In this document: piece after piece, positions 1-9,460 of the stretch
How positions within the stretch are numbered: position 1 is the stretch's first letter
Layout of the letters: each line of letters starts with the position of its first letter
DNA from: Planktothrix sp. FACHB-1365
Lineage (GTDB): Bacteria; Cyanobacteriota; Cyanobacteriia; Cyanobacteriales; Microcoleaceae
Assembly (NCBI RefSeq): GCF_014697575.1
Contig: NZ_JACJSC010000008.1
Location: forward strand, 157,075-194,281
Direction: 5' to 3'
DNA: 37,207 nucleotides
Translations under genes and position numbers: made by a program
Notes under the pieces: generated by a model
Databases searched by the model: none
Seen by the model: only the letters and a program-made list of their open reading frames with translations
Told to the model about the DNA's origin: nothing

Positions 1-318
1 ATTACTCATATTTTATCCTGGAATAATTCTCAAGATGAGTCTTTGATTAATGAATTAATCAAGTTTCATATTTGGAATGAAACCTTTGTGCGCGATCGCA
101 TCCAATTTAAACCTCAACAGCCGCTTTATATTCTATTATTAAAAACCTATAAACTTTCTCAAGTTCATGAAATTCCTTATCATCCTAGTTATGGCGGATG
201 TCGTTCTTGGATTGATTTACAGCAACCAATTTCATTAGACAATAAAGTGCCTATTTTAACTCAAGAAGACTACGACCAAAAAGTATCAAAGATTCATCAA
301 ATTCTTCAACCCTCGTAG
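1..318 (+). CDS. Hypothetical protein, C-terminal part; frame 1 is open from the window edge, so the gene is probably 5'-truncated by the window
   Basis: No stop codon in frame 1 from position 1 to the TAG at 316-318. The listed ORF 43-318 is the ATG-initiated part. No recognisable motifs. Confidence 0.3.
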   Translation: MTHILSWNNSQDESLINELIKFHIWNETFVRDRIQFKPQQPLYILLLKTYKLSQVHEIPYHPSYGGCRSWIDLQQPISLDNKVPILTQEDYDQKVSKIHQILQPS

Positions 319-376
319 TGAGGGCTTCAGCCCTCATCCCTGATTAAGAAAGCCCTGAAGGGCTTACTACGGGATA
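313..376. repeat. Pair of short hairpins (GAGGGC-TTCA-GCCCTC and AAGCCC-TGAA-GGGCTT). Members of a dispersed CGTAGTNAGCCCTTCAGGGCT family also seen at 20105-20133. Possible bidirectional terminator
   Basis: Direct reading: tcgtagtgagggcttcagccctca and, on the reverse complement, cccgtagtaagcccttcagggctttc. The latter is near-identical to ccccgtagtcagcccttcagggctgtc at 20107-20133. It lies immediately after the stop of the 1-318 ORF. Confidence 0.5.
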
Positions 377-1083
377 TAGTTTTGAAGCCTGGGTATCAAC
401 TTCAGAAAAATTTCTGAAGGTTTTATTACAGTAAGTAATAATTAGCCTACAATTAAAAGAAGTTGTTTTTCCACTCCCACTTCGTCCTAATAAAACTAAA
501 GATTCATATTCAATCGATAGAATTTCCCAATCAAACCCTCTGTATAAAAGCATACCATAAATCAAGAATTTTGATCAAAAATCCGATCTGGGTTGAGGAT
601 AATCCTCATGGTTATTTCAGATTATTCATACTGTTGAAGAATAAGAATCAAAGGATTAATCCTTGTATTTTTAACAACTTTTAATCGTGAAATTGATGAG
701 TTTATATAGCTATAAAACCGTTTATTTTCGAGGATATGATGCTAGAATTGACTCCTAGCAGAGTGAGTTTTTCAATGCTATCTTGATTATAGGACTGCTA
801 CTCGTTGGGTGTAAGGAGGTGAGACAATTCAGGAAATCAAACCTAAGACAGCCAAACAAGTGTAAGAAAACGATTTTTAAAACCAATCTCATCTAAAACT
901 ATCACATCAGGAAACCAGACTATAAATTTCTGGAAGAATTATCTATTTTAGATTTTATCTTCTTAAAAATTTATCGGCTGGAATTTTCCCAAAATTTCAT
1001 CTGTGTATTACCCTTGTTTTGAATTTCAGTTGTTTGACTTTTATTCCTGATGGTAATGGATATCGCATCTACCCCCGTTTAAC

Positions 1084-2151
1084 ATGAAAAATTCTCGATC
1101 GCCTTCCAGAACCGATACCTGGGTGGGAAAAGTAATAGATCAATTTCCCACTTTTATTATCGGATTTTTTACGGGCTCACTGATCACAGTTTATGGAACT
1201 TTGACTCAGATTGATTTATTAAGCCATCTAAATGCTGATCCTAATATCCTAAATTTTTATCAACAATTATTGGGATTATCTCATGATAAATCAGAACAAA
1301 AAAAACAATATAGAGGATATATTGAAAAGCTTAATATTAGTGTAAATCCCACTACATTAATCATTCATGTTTTGCCGAATTCTATTTGTGAATCTGCTAT
1401 TTATGAAGGAGATCGTGTACAAGTTTTACCTCCTGTTGAGGTAATTGGTCAACAAAATTCTGCTCAAGATACAGAATTTAATTTATTGAAACAGAGGGTC
1501 AATCAAATTATTAGTGATGGGTTTGGGTCTATTGAAGTTGTCACTCCTGAAAATCAATTAGCACTGATTGAAATTAATCTACTCAATGAAGAACAAAATT
1601 GTGTGAGGAAACCTAAATATATTCAAGAGTTAGAAAAGCTCCTAGAGCAGAAAAACTGGAAAGCAGCCGATCAAAAAACAAATCAGGTTTTACTGAAAAT
1701 TACAAATCGAGAAAGTGTTGGTTATTTGGATGAAGATGCTATTCAAAAAATGTCTTGCTCCTATTTAAGAACGATTGATCAGTTATGGAAAAAATACTCA
1801 GGAGGATTATTTGGATTTAGTGTTCAAAAGCGAATTTTTGTAGAAACAAAAAATCAATTAAAAGATGATGCTTTAAACCGATATGATCCTAATGCTTATA
1901 TTCATTTTACGGATTTAGTACGCTGGATTGAATCGGGAAAAAATGGTAAGGAGAAATGGAAAAATTATAATGAATTAACTTTTTCTTTAGAAGCACCGGA
2001 AGGTCATCTTCCTCGTTTAAATCAACTTGAGAAAGGAATGAAAATGGAATTCAATTATCAGCTTTTTTCTCCCAATGCGCTTCCCTTGTCTTCTCAAGAA
2101 ATTAAAGCCAGAACTTTATTTTTTACACGAGTTGATACTTGTAAACTTTAA
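1084..2151 (+). CDS. GUN4-like domain protein with N-terminal hydrophobic segment
   Basis: C-terminal region WKAADQKTNQVLL...DEDAIQKMSCSYLRTIDQLWKKYSGGLFGFSVQKRIF matches the conserved GUN4 domain signature (W..AD..T....L, DL.tID.LW.kyS.G.FGFSVQk.Iw). ATG start at 1084. Confidence 0.55.
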   Translation: MKNSRSPSRTDTWVGKVIDQFPTFIIGFFTGSLITVYGTLTQIDLLSHLNADPNILNFYQQLLGLSHDKSEQKKQYRGYIEKLNISVNPTTLIIHVLPNSICESAIYEGDRVQVLPPVEVIGQQNSAQDTEFNLLKQRVNQIISDGFGSIEVVTPENQLALIEINLLNEEQNCVRKPKYIQELEKLLEQKNWKAADQKTNQVLLKITNRESVGYLDEDAIQKMSCSYLRTIDQLWKKYSGGLFGFSVQKRIFVETKNQLKDDALNRYDPNAYIHFTDLVRWIESGKNGKEKWKNYNELTFSLEAPEGHLPRLNQLEKGMKMEFNYQLFSPNALPLSSQEIKARTLFFTRVDTCKL

Positions 2152-2270
2152 ATTAATCTCAGACTGTAAGGAAGTAGGGGAACTTAGGGGGGATGAATTT
2201 ATCTCCTGAGTTAGTTACTATAGAAAGAGATCTATAAAATTAGTTCATTTGAGGTTAAAGTGATCGCAGT

Positions 2271-3890
2271 ATGCCTATTTCTCGCTATTTACTATTAATT
2301 TTTGGAATTTGCTTGCTTTTAGGGTTAATGATTTGGCTGATTAGTTCCCTATCGGCTCTTTATACTCAGGTGATTTGGTCAGCGAATCCGCTTTTAGCAA
2401 ATTTGCTGCTCTTATTATTAATTGTATTATTAGGATTAGCCGTTTTTGCCTTTTTTTATTATACTCGATTATTCCAAAAATCAGGAAAATCTCGGAAAAA
2501 ACGGCGACCCTTAAAAATTCCTTTAGATAAAACCGAAGCGGCAGAAGAATCCCTTAAATCTTTGAGACAACAGGTAACTCAAATTCAAGATGAAGTAGCT
2601 AAACAAGCGTTATTAAGTCGTTCTCAAGATATTGCGTCCGAATTAGCCAAAGGGAATATTCAAGTGGTTGTATTTGGCACAGGTTCGGCGGGAAAAACTT
2701 CTTTAGTCAATGCTTTAATGGGTCGCATGGTGGGAAAAGTTAACGCACCGATGGGAACCACAGAAGTTGGAGAAACCTATCATTTACAATTAGAAGGAAT
2801 TGAACGGGAAATTTTAATAACAGATACCCCAGGCATTTTAGAAGCGGGAATGGGGGGTTCTGAGCGGGGAACATTAGCACGGTCTTTAGCAACGGATGCC
2901 AATTTATTAATCTTTGTTGTGGATAATGATTTAAGACAATCAGAATATAATGCCTTACAAGCATTAGTTGAAATTGGCAAGCGATCGCTGATTCTTTTAA
3001 ATAAAATTGATTTATATCCTGAAAGCGATAAAACCCTAATTTTAGCTAAACTTCGAGAGCGAGTCAAAGCATTTTTAGATCCCAGTGATATCATTGCTGT
3101 AGCTGCAAATCCGCAATCCATTCGATTAGAAACGGGAGAAATCATACAACCTGAACCGGATATTATGCCCTTAATTCGACGGATGGCAATGATTTTAAGA
3201 GCAGAAGGAGAAGAATTAATTGCTGATAATATTTTACTACAATCTCAGCGATTAGGAGAAGAAGCACGACGATTAATTGATAGCCAAAGAAAACGGGAAG
3301 CCGAAAAAATTGTGGAGCGGTTTCAATGGATTGGTGCAGGAGTCATTGCGGTAACGCCTTTACCTGTAATTGATTTAATTGCAACAGCGGCTGTTAATAC
3401 ACAAATGGTAATCGAAATTGGTAAAATATATGGGTGTGAATTGAATATAGATCGGGGTCGAGAATTAGCATTATCCTTAGCCAAAACTTTAGGCAGTTTA
3501 GGAGTGGTTAAAGGGGTGATTCAGTTAGTGTCAACGGCGTTACAATTAAATATTGCAACCTTGGTAGTCGGACGTGCGATTCAAGCGGTGAGTGCCGCTT
3601 ATTTAACGCGGATTGCTGGTAAAAGTTTTATTGAATATTTCCGCCATGATCAAGATTGGGGAGATGGAGGAATGACCGAAGTTGTACAACGACAATTTCA
3701 GTTAACTCGCCGGGATGAATTTGTAAAACAATTTGTTCAAGATGCCTTTGCTAAAATTATTGAACCTTTGAATTTAAAGCCAGAAGAAGAAGAGGAAGAA
3801 TTTGAGCCCGAAGTGAATCCCGAACCTTTATTAAAGCGTTATATAGAAGATTGGGATGAGGGGAATAGTGCTGATCGTCCTGATTGGTAA
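2271..3890 (+). CDS. Membrane-associated GTP-binding protein, P-loop GTPase with C-terminal DUF697/YcjF-like region
   Basis: N-terminal TM helix. Walker A VVVFGTGSAGKTSLVNAL; DTPG (ITDTPGILE) G3 motif; NKID (LLNKIDL) G4 motif. C-terminal acidic tail. Confidence 0.6.
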   Translation: MPISRYLLLIFGICLLLGLMIWLISSLSALYTQVIWSANPLLANLLLLLLIVLLGLAVFAFFYYTRLFQKSGKSRKKRRPLKIPLDKTEAAEESLKSLRQQVTQIQDEVAKQALLSRSQDIASELAKGNIQVVVFGTGSAGKTSLVNALMGRMVGKVNAPMGTTEVGETYHLQLEGIEREILITDTPGILEAGMGGSERGTLARSLATDANLLIFVVDNDLRQSEYNALQALVEIGKRSLILLNKIDLYPESDKTLILAKLRERVKAFLDPSDIIAVAANPQSIRLETGEIIQPEPDIMPLIRRMAMILRAEGEELIADNILLQSQRLGEEARRLIDSQRKREAEKIVERFQWIGAGVIAVTPLPVIDLIATAAVNTQMVIEIGKIYGCELNIDRGRELALSLAKTLGSLGVVKGVIQLVSTALQLNIATLVVGRAIQAVSAAYLTRIAGKSFIEYFRHDQDWGDGGMTEVVQRQFQLTRRDEFVKQFVQDAFAKIIEPLNLKPEEEEEEFEPEVNPEPLLKRYIEDWDEGNSADRPDW

Positions 3891-3915
3891 TAGGTAGATG
3901 AAATTTAATTCATTA

Positions 3916-5103
3916 TCAGGGCAAATCTCCCCAAATATTTTGATAGCGTTCTACCATTTGGCAAGCGGCTTGATACTGTTTTTGGGCGAGTTCGGGTGGA
4001 GATAAAACCTGTGCTAAGTTTAAATATTTATTGACCCAAATCATAAATTCATTGAGAGATCGAGAAGGTAAATTAATTTTATAATCAACAGATAAGAGTT
4101 TTCCCTGTTTATCTTTAATCACCTTAATTTGTTGACGAATATGGCGACGATCCCCTTCTAAAATAAAATTAGTAGCGGGAGGAAAAAAGCGAACATGAAC
4201 CAATTCTAAAGGCAGTTCTCCAGCCAGTTCCTGTTGTTGTTCGACTAAATTACCTAAATTTAATCCCCATCCTTGGTTTAATAATTGATGCGCTTTCTGT
4301 AAATTATCATATTGTTCTTGGAGAGGGCGAGTTTGAGACAACAATTGGCAATAATTTCCATAGCGGTTCATTCGACCAATTGTGAGTTGACCGTTTTCGC
4401 AGGATTCATACAGCAAATACCAAGCAATATTAAAATGAATTAGTTGTAAGGGCCAAATTTTTACTAATCCAATTTGTCCCGAATTATAGGGGTCACTAAA
4501 CCGGGAAATTTCAATAGCTTTTCCAGTGAGAATTGCATTTTCAATCTGATCTAATTGATGAAAAAGAGTATGTTGCACATTGCCCATTTCCAACATTTCA
4601 TCCGGGTCAGTCCACACAATAGAACGGTTGAGTTGTTGTCGAACAGGATAGAAAAATTCTCCTTTTCGTTCTAAGTTAACCCCTCGCAATCGCTTTTCTA
4701 AAGTTTCACAAATTCGTCTAGTTTTGGAATCCGCTTGATATTGACTCAAGGAAACTAACAGTTGAAACGCAACTTGTAATTCCTCCCAACTCATCACACC
4801 CGTTCCGAGATAATAACCCCAACGGTACATTCGCTGTTCAAGAATGCTGTAACGCCGTAGGGTTTCGATATCTTTGCGAATTGTTGGTAAAGCTGGATAA
4901 CCCGCAGGAAGGTTAATTTTCAGTTCAGAGGCAAGCTGCTGTAAGTGATATTGGACATCTGATAGAGCATTCCGATGTTCTCCTTTCTGAGTTGGGGGAG
5001 TGTTACCAACCCCTGGATATTGAACCAAGGTGGCAATTAATAACATCAATCGCTCAAAGGCTTGTTGATCTGAATAGGGATGGAGTGTTGGCTTTTTAGC
5101 CAT
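3916..5103 (-). CDS. WYL-domain protein, putative transcriptional regulator of the adjacent cmr operon, divergently transcribed
   Basis: Central segment RFSDPYNSGQIGLVKIWPLQLIHFNIAWYLLYESCENGQLTIGRMNRY fits the WYL-domain pattern (W-Y-L followed by G..r.FrL.Ri). ATG at 5101-5103. It sits head-to-head with cas10/cmr2 across a 325-bp gap. Confidence 0.55.
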   Translation of the reverse strand: MAKKPTLHPYSDQQAFERLMLLIATLVQYPGVGNTPPTQKGEHRNALSDVQYHLQQLASELKINLPAGYPALPTIRKDIETLRRYSILEQRMYRWGYYLGTGVMSWEELQVAFQLLVSLSQYQADSKTRRICETLEKRLRGVNLERKGEFFYPVRQQLNRSIVWTDPDEMLEMGNVQHTLFHQLDQIENAILTGKAIEISRFSDPYNSGQIGLVKIWPLQLIHFNIAWYLLYESCENGQLTIGRMNRYGNYCQLLSQTRPLQEQYDNLQKAHQLLNQGWGLNLGNLVEQQQELAGELPLELVHVRFFPPATNFILEGDRRHIRQQIKVIKDKQGKLLSVDYKINLPSRSLNEFMIWVNKYLNLAQVLSPPELAQKQYQAACQMVERYQNIWGDLP

Positions 5104-5470
5104 ATTCCGTAGGATAATAGTCGTAATAAGCCAATATTGACATGAAGCTTGTGATTTCTTAAAAAATTTAGATTTTTCAAGGATTATTGAGTTTTGTAAC
5201 TTAAACGATAAATATTGTGAAATTCAAGACAGAACCTATCACAGGTTGGTAAAGTTAGTAAATAGTTAATTTGTGAGAACATCACATTTGTTGTCCCCCT
5301 AGATTTAACAAACTTGCAAATTCTGGCTAAGTCCAGTTAATTCACTCATCACACGCATTACCATCGACTGTAGAAGCACTGTTCTGCACAGCTACCCCCT
5401 GCGAATACTCTTAGATATTAAATTCAATTTGTCTTGTTTTAATGAGACAAAACTAACCAGCTATGAAATT
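5104..5470. promoter_or_regulatory. Divergent promoter/operator region between the WYL regulator gene and cas10/cmr2
   Basis: Non-coding AT-rich gap between two divergent genes. No specific -10/-35 boxes claimed. Confidence 0.3.
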
Positions 5471-7174
5471 ATGTCTATGACTGAAGGATATACAGCCATA
5501 AGTTTTGCACCTGTGCAGGGCTTCATCGAAAAATCCCGTAAACTGAGGGATTTATATGGAGCCTCGCTGATTCTATCTTACTTAAGTTCCCGAATAGTAC
5601 AAGAGGCATTATGTTCAGGATTAGAGGTGATTTCTCCGGGATTACCGACAATTCAAAAAGGAATGCCCAACCGAATTTTAATTAAAGGAAAATTTGAGCG
5701 CAATGATGTGCAGAATATCCTATTAAACGAATGGCAAAAGATTTTGATAATTTGCCGGGAGTGGATAGAAGACAATATCGGTATCCCAAAAACTGAGTAT
5801 TATTGGTCACAACCAGAAGACCAAATTGGCAAACATAAAGGAGAATGGGAACGCTGGGGAAGCCATACCTGGGAAATATTTTGGGGATATGGTGCATCAA
5901 TCCCAGATGCAATGGAAGACTTAGAAACTCGTAAATTAAAACGAGATTGGATTGGGATTAATTGGATGGGTGAAAGTTCAAGTTTAACTGGAACCGATGC
6001 GATTGCTTGGCATCAATTAGGAAAGGAATCTAACCAACCCGGACAAGCACTAACCCCAGACCAAAAAGACCAACTTGAACTATTTTATAGGCGCTTATCT
6101 TGGTTATTAGATAATCCAGAGGATAGACTTCAAAAATCTAGTTTATCTTTGCAGGCGTTAAGGGAGTACGAAGAAAAAAACCCTGACACCAGTGGTAAAT
6201 ATCTTGCTCCGAATGAACGGTTGAGTATTCCCGAACTGGTGAAACGTTTAGTCACTTATGACAAAATTGCTGATCAGATTGGGATGGCAAAAATTAAACA
6301 AAAATCCTCCGATCCAGAGTTTAAGGAAATTAACCGAAACGCAGGATACTGGACAGGATGGTTTATGGGTGATGGTGATGAAGTTGGGGATAAACTTCAG
6401 CTACTCGCCACTCAATCTGAAGATCAGATGAAGAAGTTCACCCTTAAAATGAGAGAATGGGGGAAAGAATTTGAAGCAAAAACAGACTTATTTCCCCCCG
6501 GAAAAGGACGGGTTATTTATGCCGGGGGTGATGATTTTTTAGGGGTGCTTTACAGTGAGCAAACCGATAAAAATTCCAATTCCAATAAACTCAAACTGAC
6601 GGAAGTATTAAATTGGTTGTTACATTTACAGGAGCATTGGGAGGAACTGCAAGCCAGTATTAAAGAAGATCTCAACTTTGACTTTACCTTTAGTGTGGGT
6701 TTTGTTTGGGCAGGTCATCAAGTTCCCCAACGGGATATTTTACAACACTGTCGAGAAGCGGAAAAACGTTCAAAAAGTTTAGAACGCGATCGCTTAACCA
6801 TTCGAGTAGTTTTTAATAGCGGTCAGTTTGTACAGTGGACTTGCCCTTGGAAAGATTTAGACATTTTGAAGAAATATCGCGATCGCGATGGCAAAACCTG
6901 GGGAGAAAATCCCAATTGGACTCACATTTACAATGATTGGGCACAATTAAAAGCCCGTCATGGGATTTGCTTAGAGGAAACGGTTAAACGTTCTGTGAAG
7001 AAAGACATTCCTTTAGCGTTATTTAATTTGTATTTCGATCAAATCGGAGAAAGATTTAATGAGGAAAATAGATGGGATGAAATAGCAGGAGAGAACAAAA
7101 ATTTAGCAATTGTAAATTGGCTTAATGATCTGGTACAAGTAGGTTGGCAATTATGTCACAATTCCAATATGTAA
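5471..7174 (+). CDS. cmr2: Cas10/Cmr2, type III-B large subunit; HD nuclease domain absent, cyclase GGDD motif present
   Basis: N-terminus ISFAPVQGFIEKSRKLRDLYGASLILSYL matches the start of the first Palm/cyclase-like domain of Cas10 (lfsigPVQeFIa.aRkt.DLwagS.lLSyL). GGDD motif in IYAGGDDFLGVL. No H-D dipeptide region precedes it. Only about 570-580 aa. The ORF is open from a TTG at 5429; first ATG at 5471. Confidence 0.85.
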   Translation: MSMTEGYTAISFAPVQGFIEKSRKLRDLYGASLILSYLSSRIVQEALCSGLEVISPGLPTIQKGMPNRILIKGKFERNDVQNILLNEWQKILIICREWIEDNIGIPKTEYYWSQPEDQIGKHKGEWERWGSHTWEIFWGYGASIPDAMEDLETRKLKRDWIGINWMGESSSLTGTDAIAWHQLGKESNQPGQALTPDQKDQLELFYRRLSWLLDNPEDRLQKSSLSLQALREYEEKNPDTSGKYLAPNERLSIPELVKRLVTYDKIADQIGMAKIKQKSSDPEFKEINRNAGYWTGWFMGDGDEVGDKLQLLATQSEDQMKKFTLKMREWGKEFEAKTDLFPPGKGRVIYAGGDDFLGVLYSEQTDKNSNSNKLKLTEVLNWLLHLQEHWEELQASIKEDLNFDFTFSVGFVWAGHQVPQRDILQHCREAEKRSKSLERDRLTIRVVFNSGQFVQWTCPWKDLDILKKYRDRDGKTWGENPNWTHIYNDWAQLKARHGICLEETVKRSVKKDIPLALFNLYFDQIGERFNEENRWDEIAGENKNLAIVNWLNDLVQVGWQLCHNSNM

Positions 7175-8229
7175 TTACTGTTTCCCCCTTGGGGTTTATG
7201 TATGGCAGTGCCGGAGGGTTTCTGTCTCCAGAAAACCTAGTGGGACGCTCAGGTGCTAAATTCCCACCTGATACAGGAGCAATCGCAGGACTATTTTTTA
7301 ATGCGAATCAAAGTGATCGGGAAACCTTGAGAAATAATCTGATTGTTGCTGGCCCCTTTTGGGCAAAACAAGATAGTCCTGATAATTTCTATGTTCCCAT
7401 TCCTTGGACTAAGGTAATGGCAGAGAAAGATAATGATGAATGGCAATTTGTCAAAAAACAAAATTCATCAGAATCGATTGAATCTAATGGTGATCAATGG
7501 TGTCTGGGTCAACATCAATGGGAACGTCAAAAGAAAGAGGTAAAACCGCAGTATAGTTGGCAGTTAATTAAGGATTGGAATTTACCTGCGGATGAACTCA
7601 AAGCCAGAAATGCGATCGCAAAAGTTCCTTGGCATTTTGTTCCGATGTTACATCCCAAAATGAAAGACAACGAGCGGCACGTTGTTGAAGAAGATGGACT
7701 ATTTTTAGAAAATGCCGTGCAGTTAGATCAAGACTATTGCCTCGTTTATCTATCTAACTATGAACTAGCCAATGGATGGTATCGGTTTGGTGGTGAAGGA
7801 CATTTAGTAGAAGTTGAAACCCATAAGCTCTCAGATAACCCTAAAATCAACCAACTTCTAGGGCAAAAAATTAACCATGCTTTTGCGCTCATTACCCCTG
7901 GTGTTTGGGGGTCAAATAAACTTTCCTACCGTTACCCTCGTCACCCCGATTTTCCCCGCCAAGGGATGAAAATGCTCACCGATAAAGCCGTTGCTTACCG
8001 TTATCGTTTGGGTCATTCCAGAACGAATCAACAACCCCAAGCGGAAAGCGGACGACTCAGCCGAGGACGTTATGCTGTCCCCGCCGGAAGCGTTTACGTC
8101 TTGAAACATCCTTTGAATTTAACGTGGTGGGAGTTTCCTGACGAATGGTTTCCCAAAGAAGGATTTTCCCTCAAACACTTGGGATCTGCTTTATGTTTAC
8201 CCATTAGTATTCAAGGAGTACCCGAATAA
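7153..8229 (+). CDS. cmr3: Cmr3 (Cas5-group RAMP)
   Basis: Second gene of the operon. N-terminus VITVSPLGFMYGSAGGFLSPE...FPPDTGAIAGLF matches the Cmr3 N-terminal signature (sPl.frdGrPF ... FPPsPstlaGAl). Overlaps cmr2 by about 22 nt and ends in TAATG with cmr4. The listed ORF starts at a TTG at 7144; first ATG at 7153. Confidence 0.7.
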   Translation: MSQFQYVITVSPLGFMYGSAGGFLSPENLVGRSGAKFPPDTGAIAGLFFNANQSDRETLRNNLIVAGPFWAKQDSPDNFYVPIPWTKVMAEKDNDEWQFVKKQNSSESIESNGDQWCLGQHQWERQKKEVKPQYSWQLIKDWNLPADELKARNAIAKVPWHFVPMLHPKMKDNERHVVEEDGLFLENAVQLDQDYCLVYLSNYELANGWYRFGGEGHLVEVETHKLSDNPKINQLLGQKINHAFALITPGVWGSNKLSYRYPRHPDFPRQGMKMLTDKAVAYRYRLGHSRTNQQPQAESGRLSRGRYAVPAGSVYVLKHPLNLTWWEFPDEWFPKEGFSLKHLGSALCLPISIQGVPE

Positions 8230-9047
8230 TGTACAGCAAAGCCTACGGAATTATTGAAGCACTGGCCCCTCTCCATGTCGGGGCAACGGCTGGAGAAGAA
8301 ACTGGAAATCTTAATCTGATTTTTCGTGACCAATTTACCCAGACGGGAATCATCCCTGGTAGTTCGATTCGGGGACGGTTTCGCGCCGATATGCGAGATC
8401 GAGAAGCCGGGGAAGAACAACGTTGGTATGGACATGAATCCGTTGATGGTCGTCCTGATGGGGGGACAACCGAAGCCTTAGTTAAGTTTGAATACGCTTC
8501 TCTGGTTTGGTTTCCGGTCTTTTGTCCAGGTCAACCAGTGGTTTGGGTTAGTTGTCCTTTCCTCTTAAAGCGGTTTAAACGGATTGCAGGAATTACGGCG
8601 GATACTCCTGCTCCTTATACTGCCCAGAGTGGTTTACAAGGTCGCCAAATTGAAACCGGAGGGAAAATTCTATTTTTTAACTTAGGGTTTCTCAAAATTG
8701 AACATAACCAGAACTTATCCGATTGGATTCCCAAAGGAACAAGTTTAGAGGGGAATAAATTAGTCGTAGTTGATGATAACGATATTGCTATGTTACATGA
8801 TATGGCACTCTATCGCCAAAGCCGGGTTAAACTGTTGGATGAAATGAAAAAAGTGGATACAGAAAAGGGCGCGTTTTTCAATACAGAAGCGTTACCTGAA
8901 GGCAGTATTTTAGTGTTTCCGATTGCTTTAAAAGAAACAGGTTGGAAACCGTTTGGCGAAGCAGAAAATTCAGCAGATTTATATTTTGGCGGTTTAGAAT
9001 CCATTGGTTTTGGTCATTGTCGGGTTTCACTCCAAGGAGATTATTAA
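8229..9047 (+). CDS. cmr4: Cmr4 (Cas7 backbone RAMP)
   Basis: LAPLHVGATAG...GIIPGSSIRGRFR is the canonical Cmr4/Csm3 RAMP N-terminal motif with G-rich loop. About 272 aa. Confidence 0.85.
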   Translation: MYSKAYGIIEALAPLHVGATAGEETGNLNLIFRDQFTQTGIIPGSSIRGRFRADMRDREAGEEQRWYGHESVDGRPDGGTTEALVKFEYASLVWFPVFCPGQPVVWVSCPFLLKRFKRIAGITADTPAPYTAQSGLQGRQIETGGKILFFNLGFLKIEHNQNLSDWIPKGTSLEGNKLVVVDDNDIAMLHDMALYRQSRVKLLDEMKKVDTEKGAFFNTEALPEGSILVFPIALKETGWKPFGEAENSADLYFGGLESIGFGHCRVSLQGDY

Positions 9048-9049
9048 TT

Positions 9050-9457
9050 ATGAGTTGGGAATCTTATGAATTGGATCGGATTGCTCAAAAACTGGTTCTG
9101 CAAGCACGGAAACGGGAACCCCAATCCCTAAATCAATCCTATAAAATGCGAATGGCTGTCGCTTATGGGTTAGAACGATTTTGGGGTGAACATTTACGGT
9201 TAAAAGGCAGAGAGGAAACCAAATCAATTTTTTGGAAAGAAACTTGGGATGCTTTGCAAACCATTATGGGAAAAGCTGGGGTAAAAATTCCGAATGATGC
9301 CGTTAATCCCACTAATACCCAACAAATTCAAACCATGTCTGAAAAGCTTTGGGCTTTATCCGTGGAAGATCAACGAATTGCGATCGCAGTTTTAACGCAA
9401 CTTTGTGATTGTATTGTTTGGTGGACACAACGTTATAAAACAGGGCGGAGAGATTAA
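9050..9457 (+). CDS. cmr5: Cmr5 (Cas11 small subunit), about 135 aa
   Basis: Position between cmr4 and cmr6, size and helical composition. ATG at 9050 preceded by AAGGAGA. Upstream part of the listed ORF 8942-9457 overlaps cmr4 and is rejected. Confidence 0.55.
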   Translation: MSWESYELDRIAQKLVLQARKREPQSLNQSYKMRMAVAYGLERFWGEHLRLKGREETKSIFWKETWDALQTIMGKAGVKIPNDAVNPTNTQQIQTMSEKLWALSVEDQRIAIAVLTQLCDCIVWWTQRYKTGRRD

Positions 9458-9460
9458 CCC

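Noticed and set aside
463-684. 73-aa plus-strand ORF overlapping the P-loop fragment
   Set aside because: Low-complexity, AT-rich translation with no motifs. Likely spurious.
2740-3145. Antisense ORFs 2740-2964 and 2780-3145 inside the GTPase gene
   Set aside because: Fully embedded opposite a well-supported P-loop GTPase CDS. No independent signals.
3916-5103. Considered whether the 395-aa divergent gene could be the missing Cas6
   Set aside because: No G-rich loop or ferredoxin-like Cas6 signature. The WYL-type segment and divergent placement fit a regulator far better.
8942-9049. Upstream extension of the cmr5 ORF (listed start 8942)
   Set aside because: It overlaps the last 100 nt of cmr4 in another frame. 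The ATG at 9050 has an AAGGAGA RBS and gives a Cmr5-sized 135-aa product.
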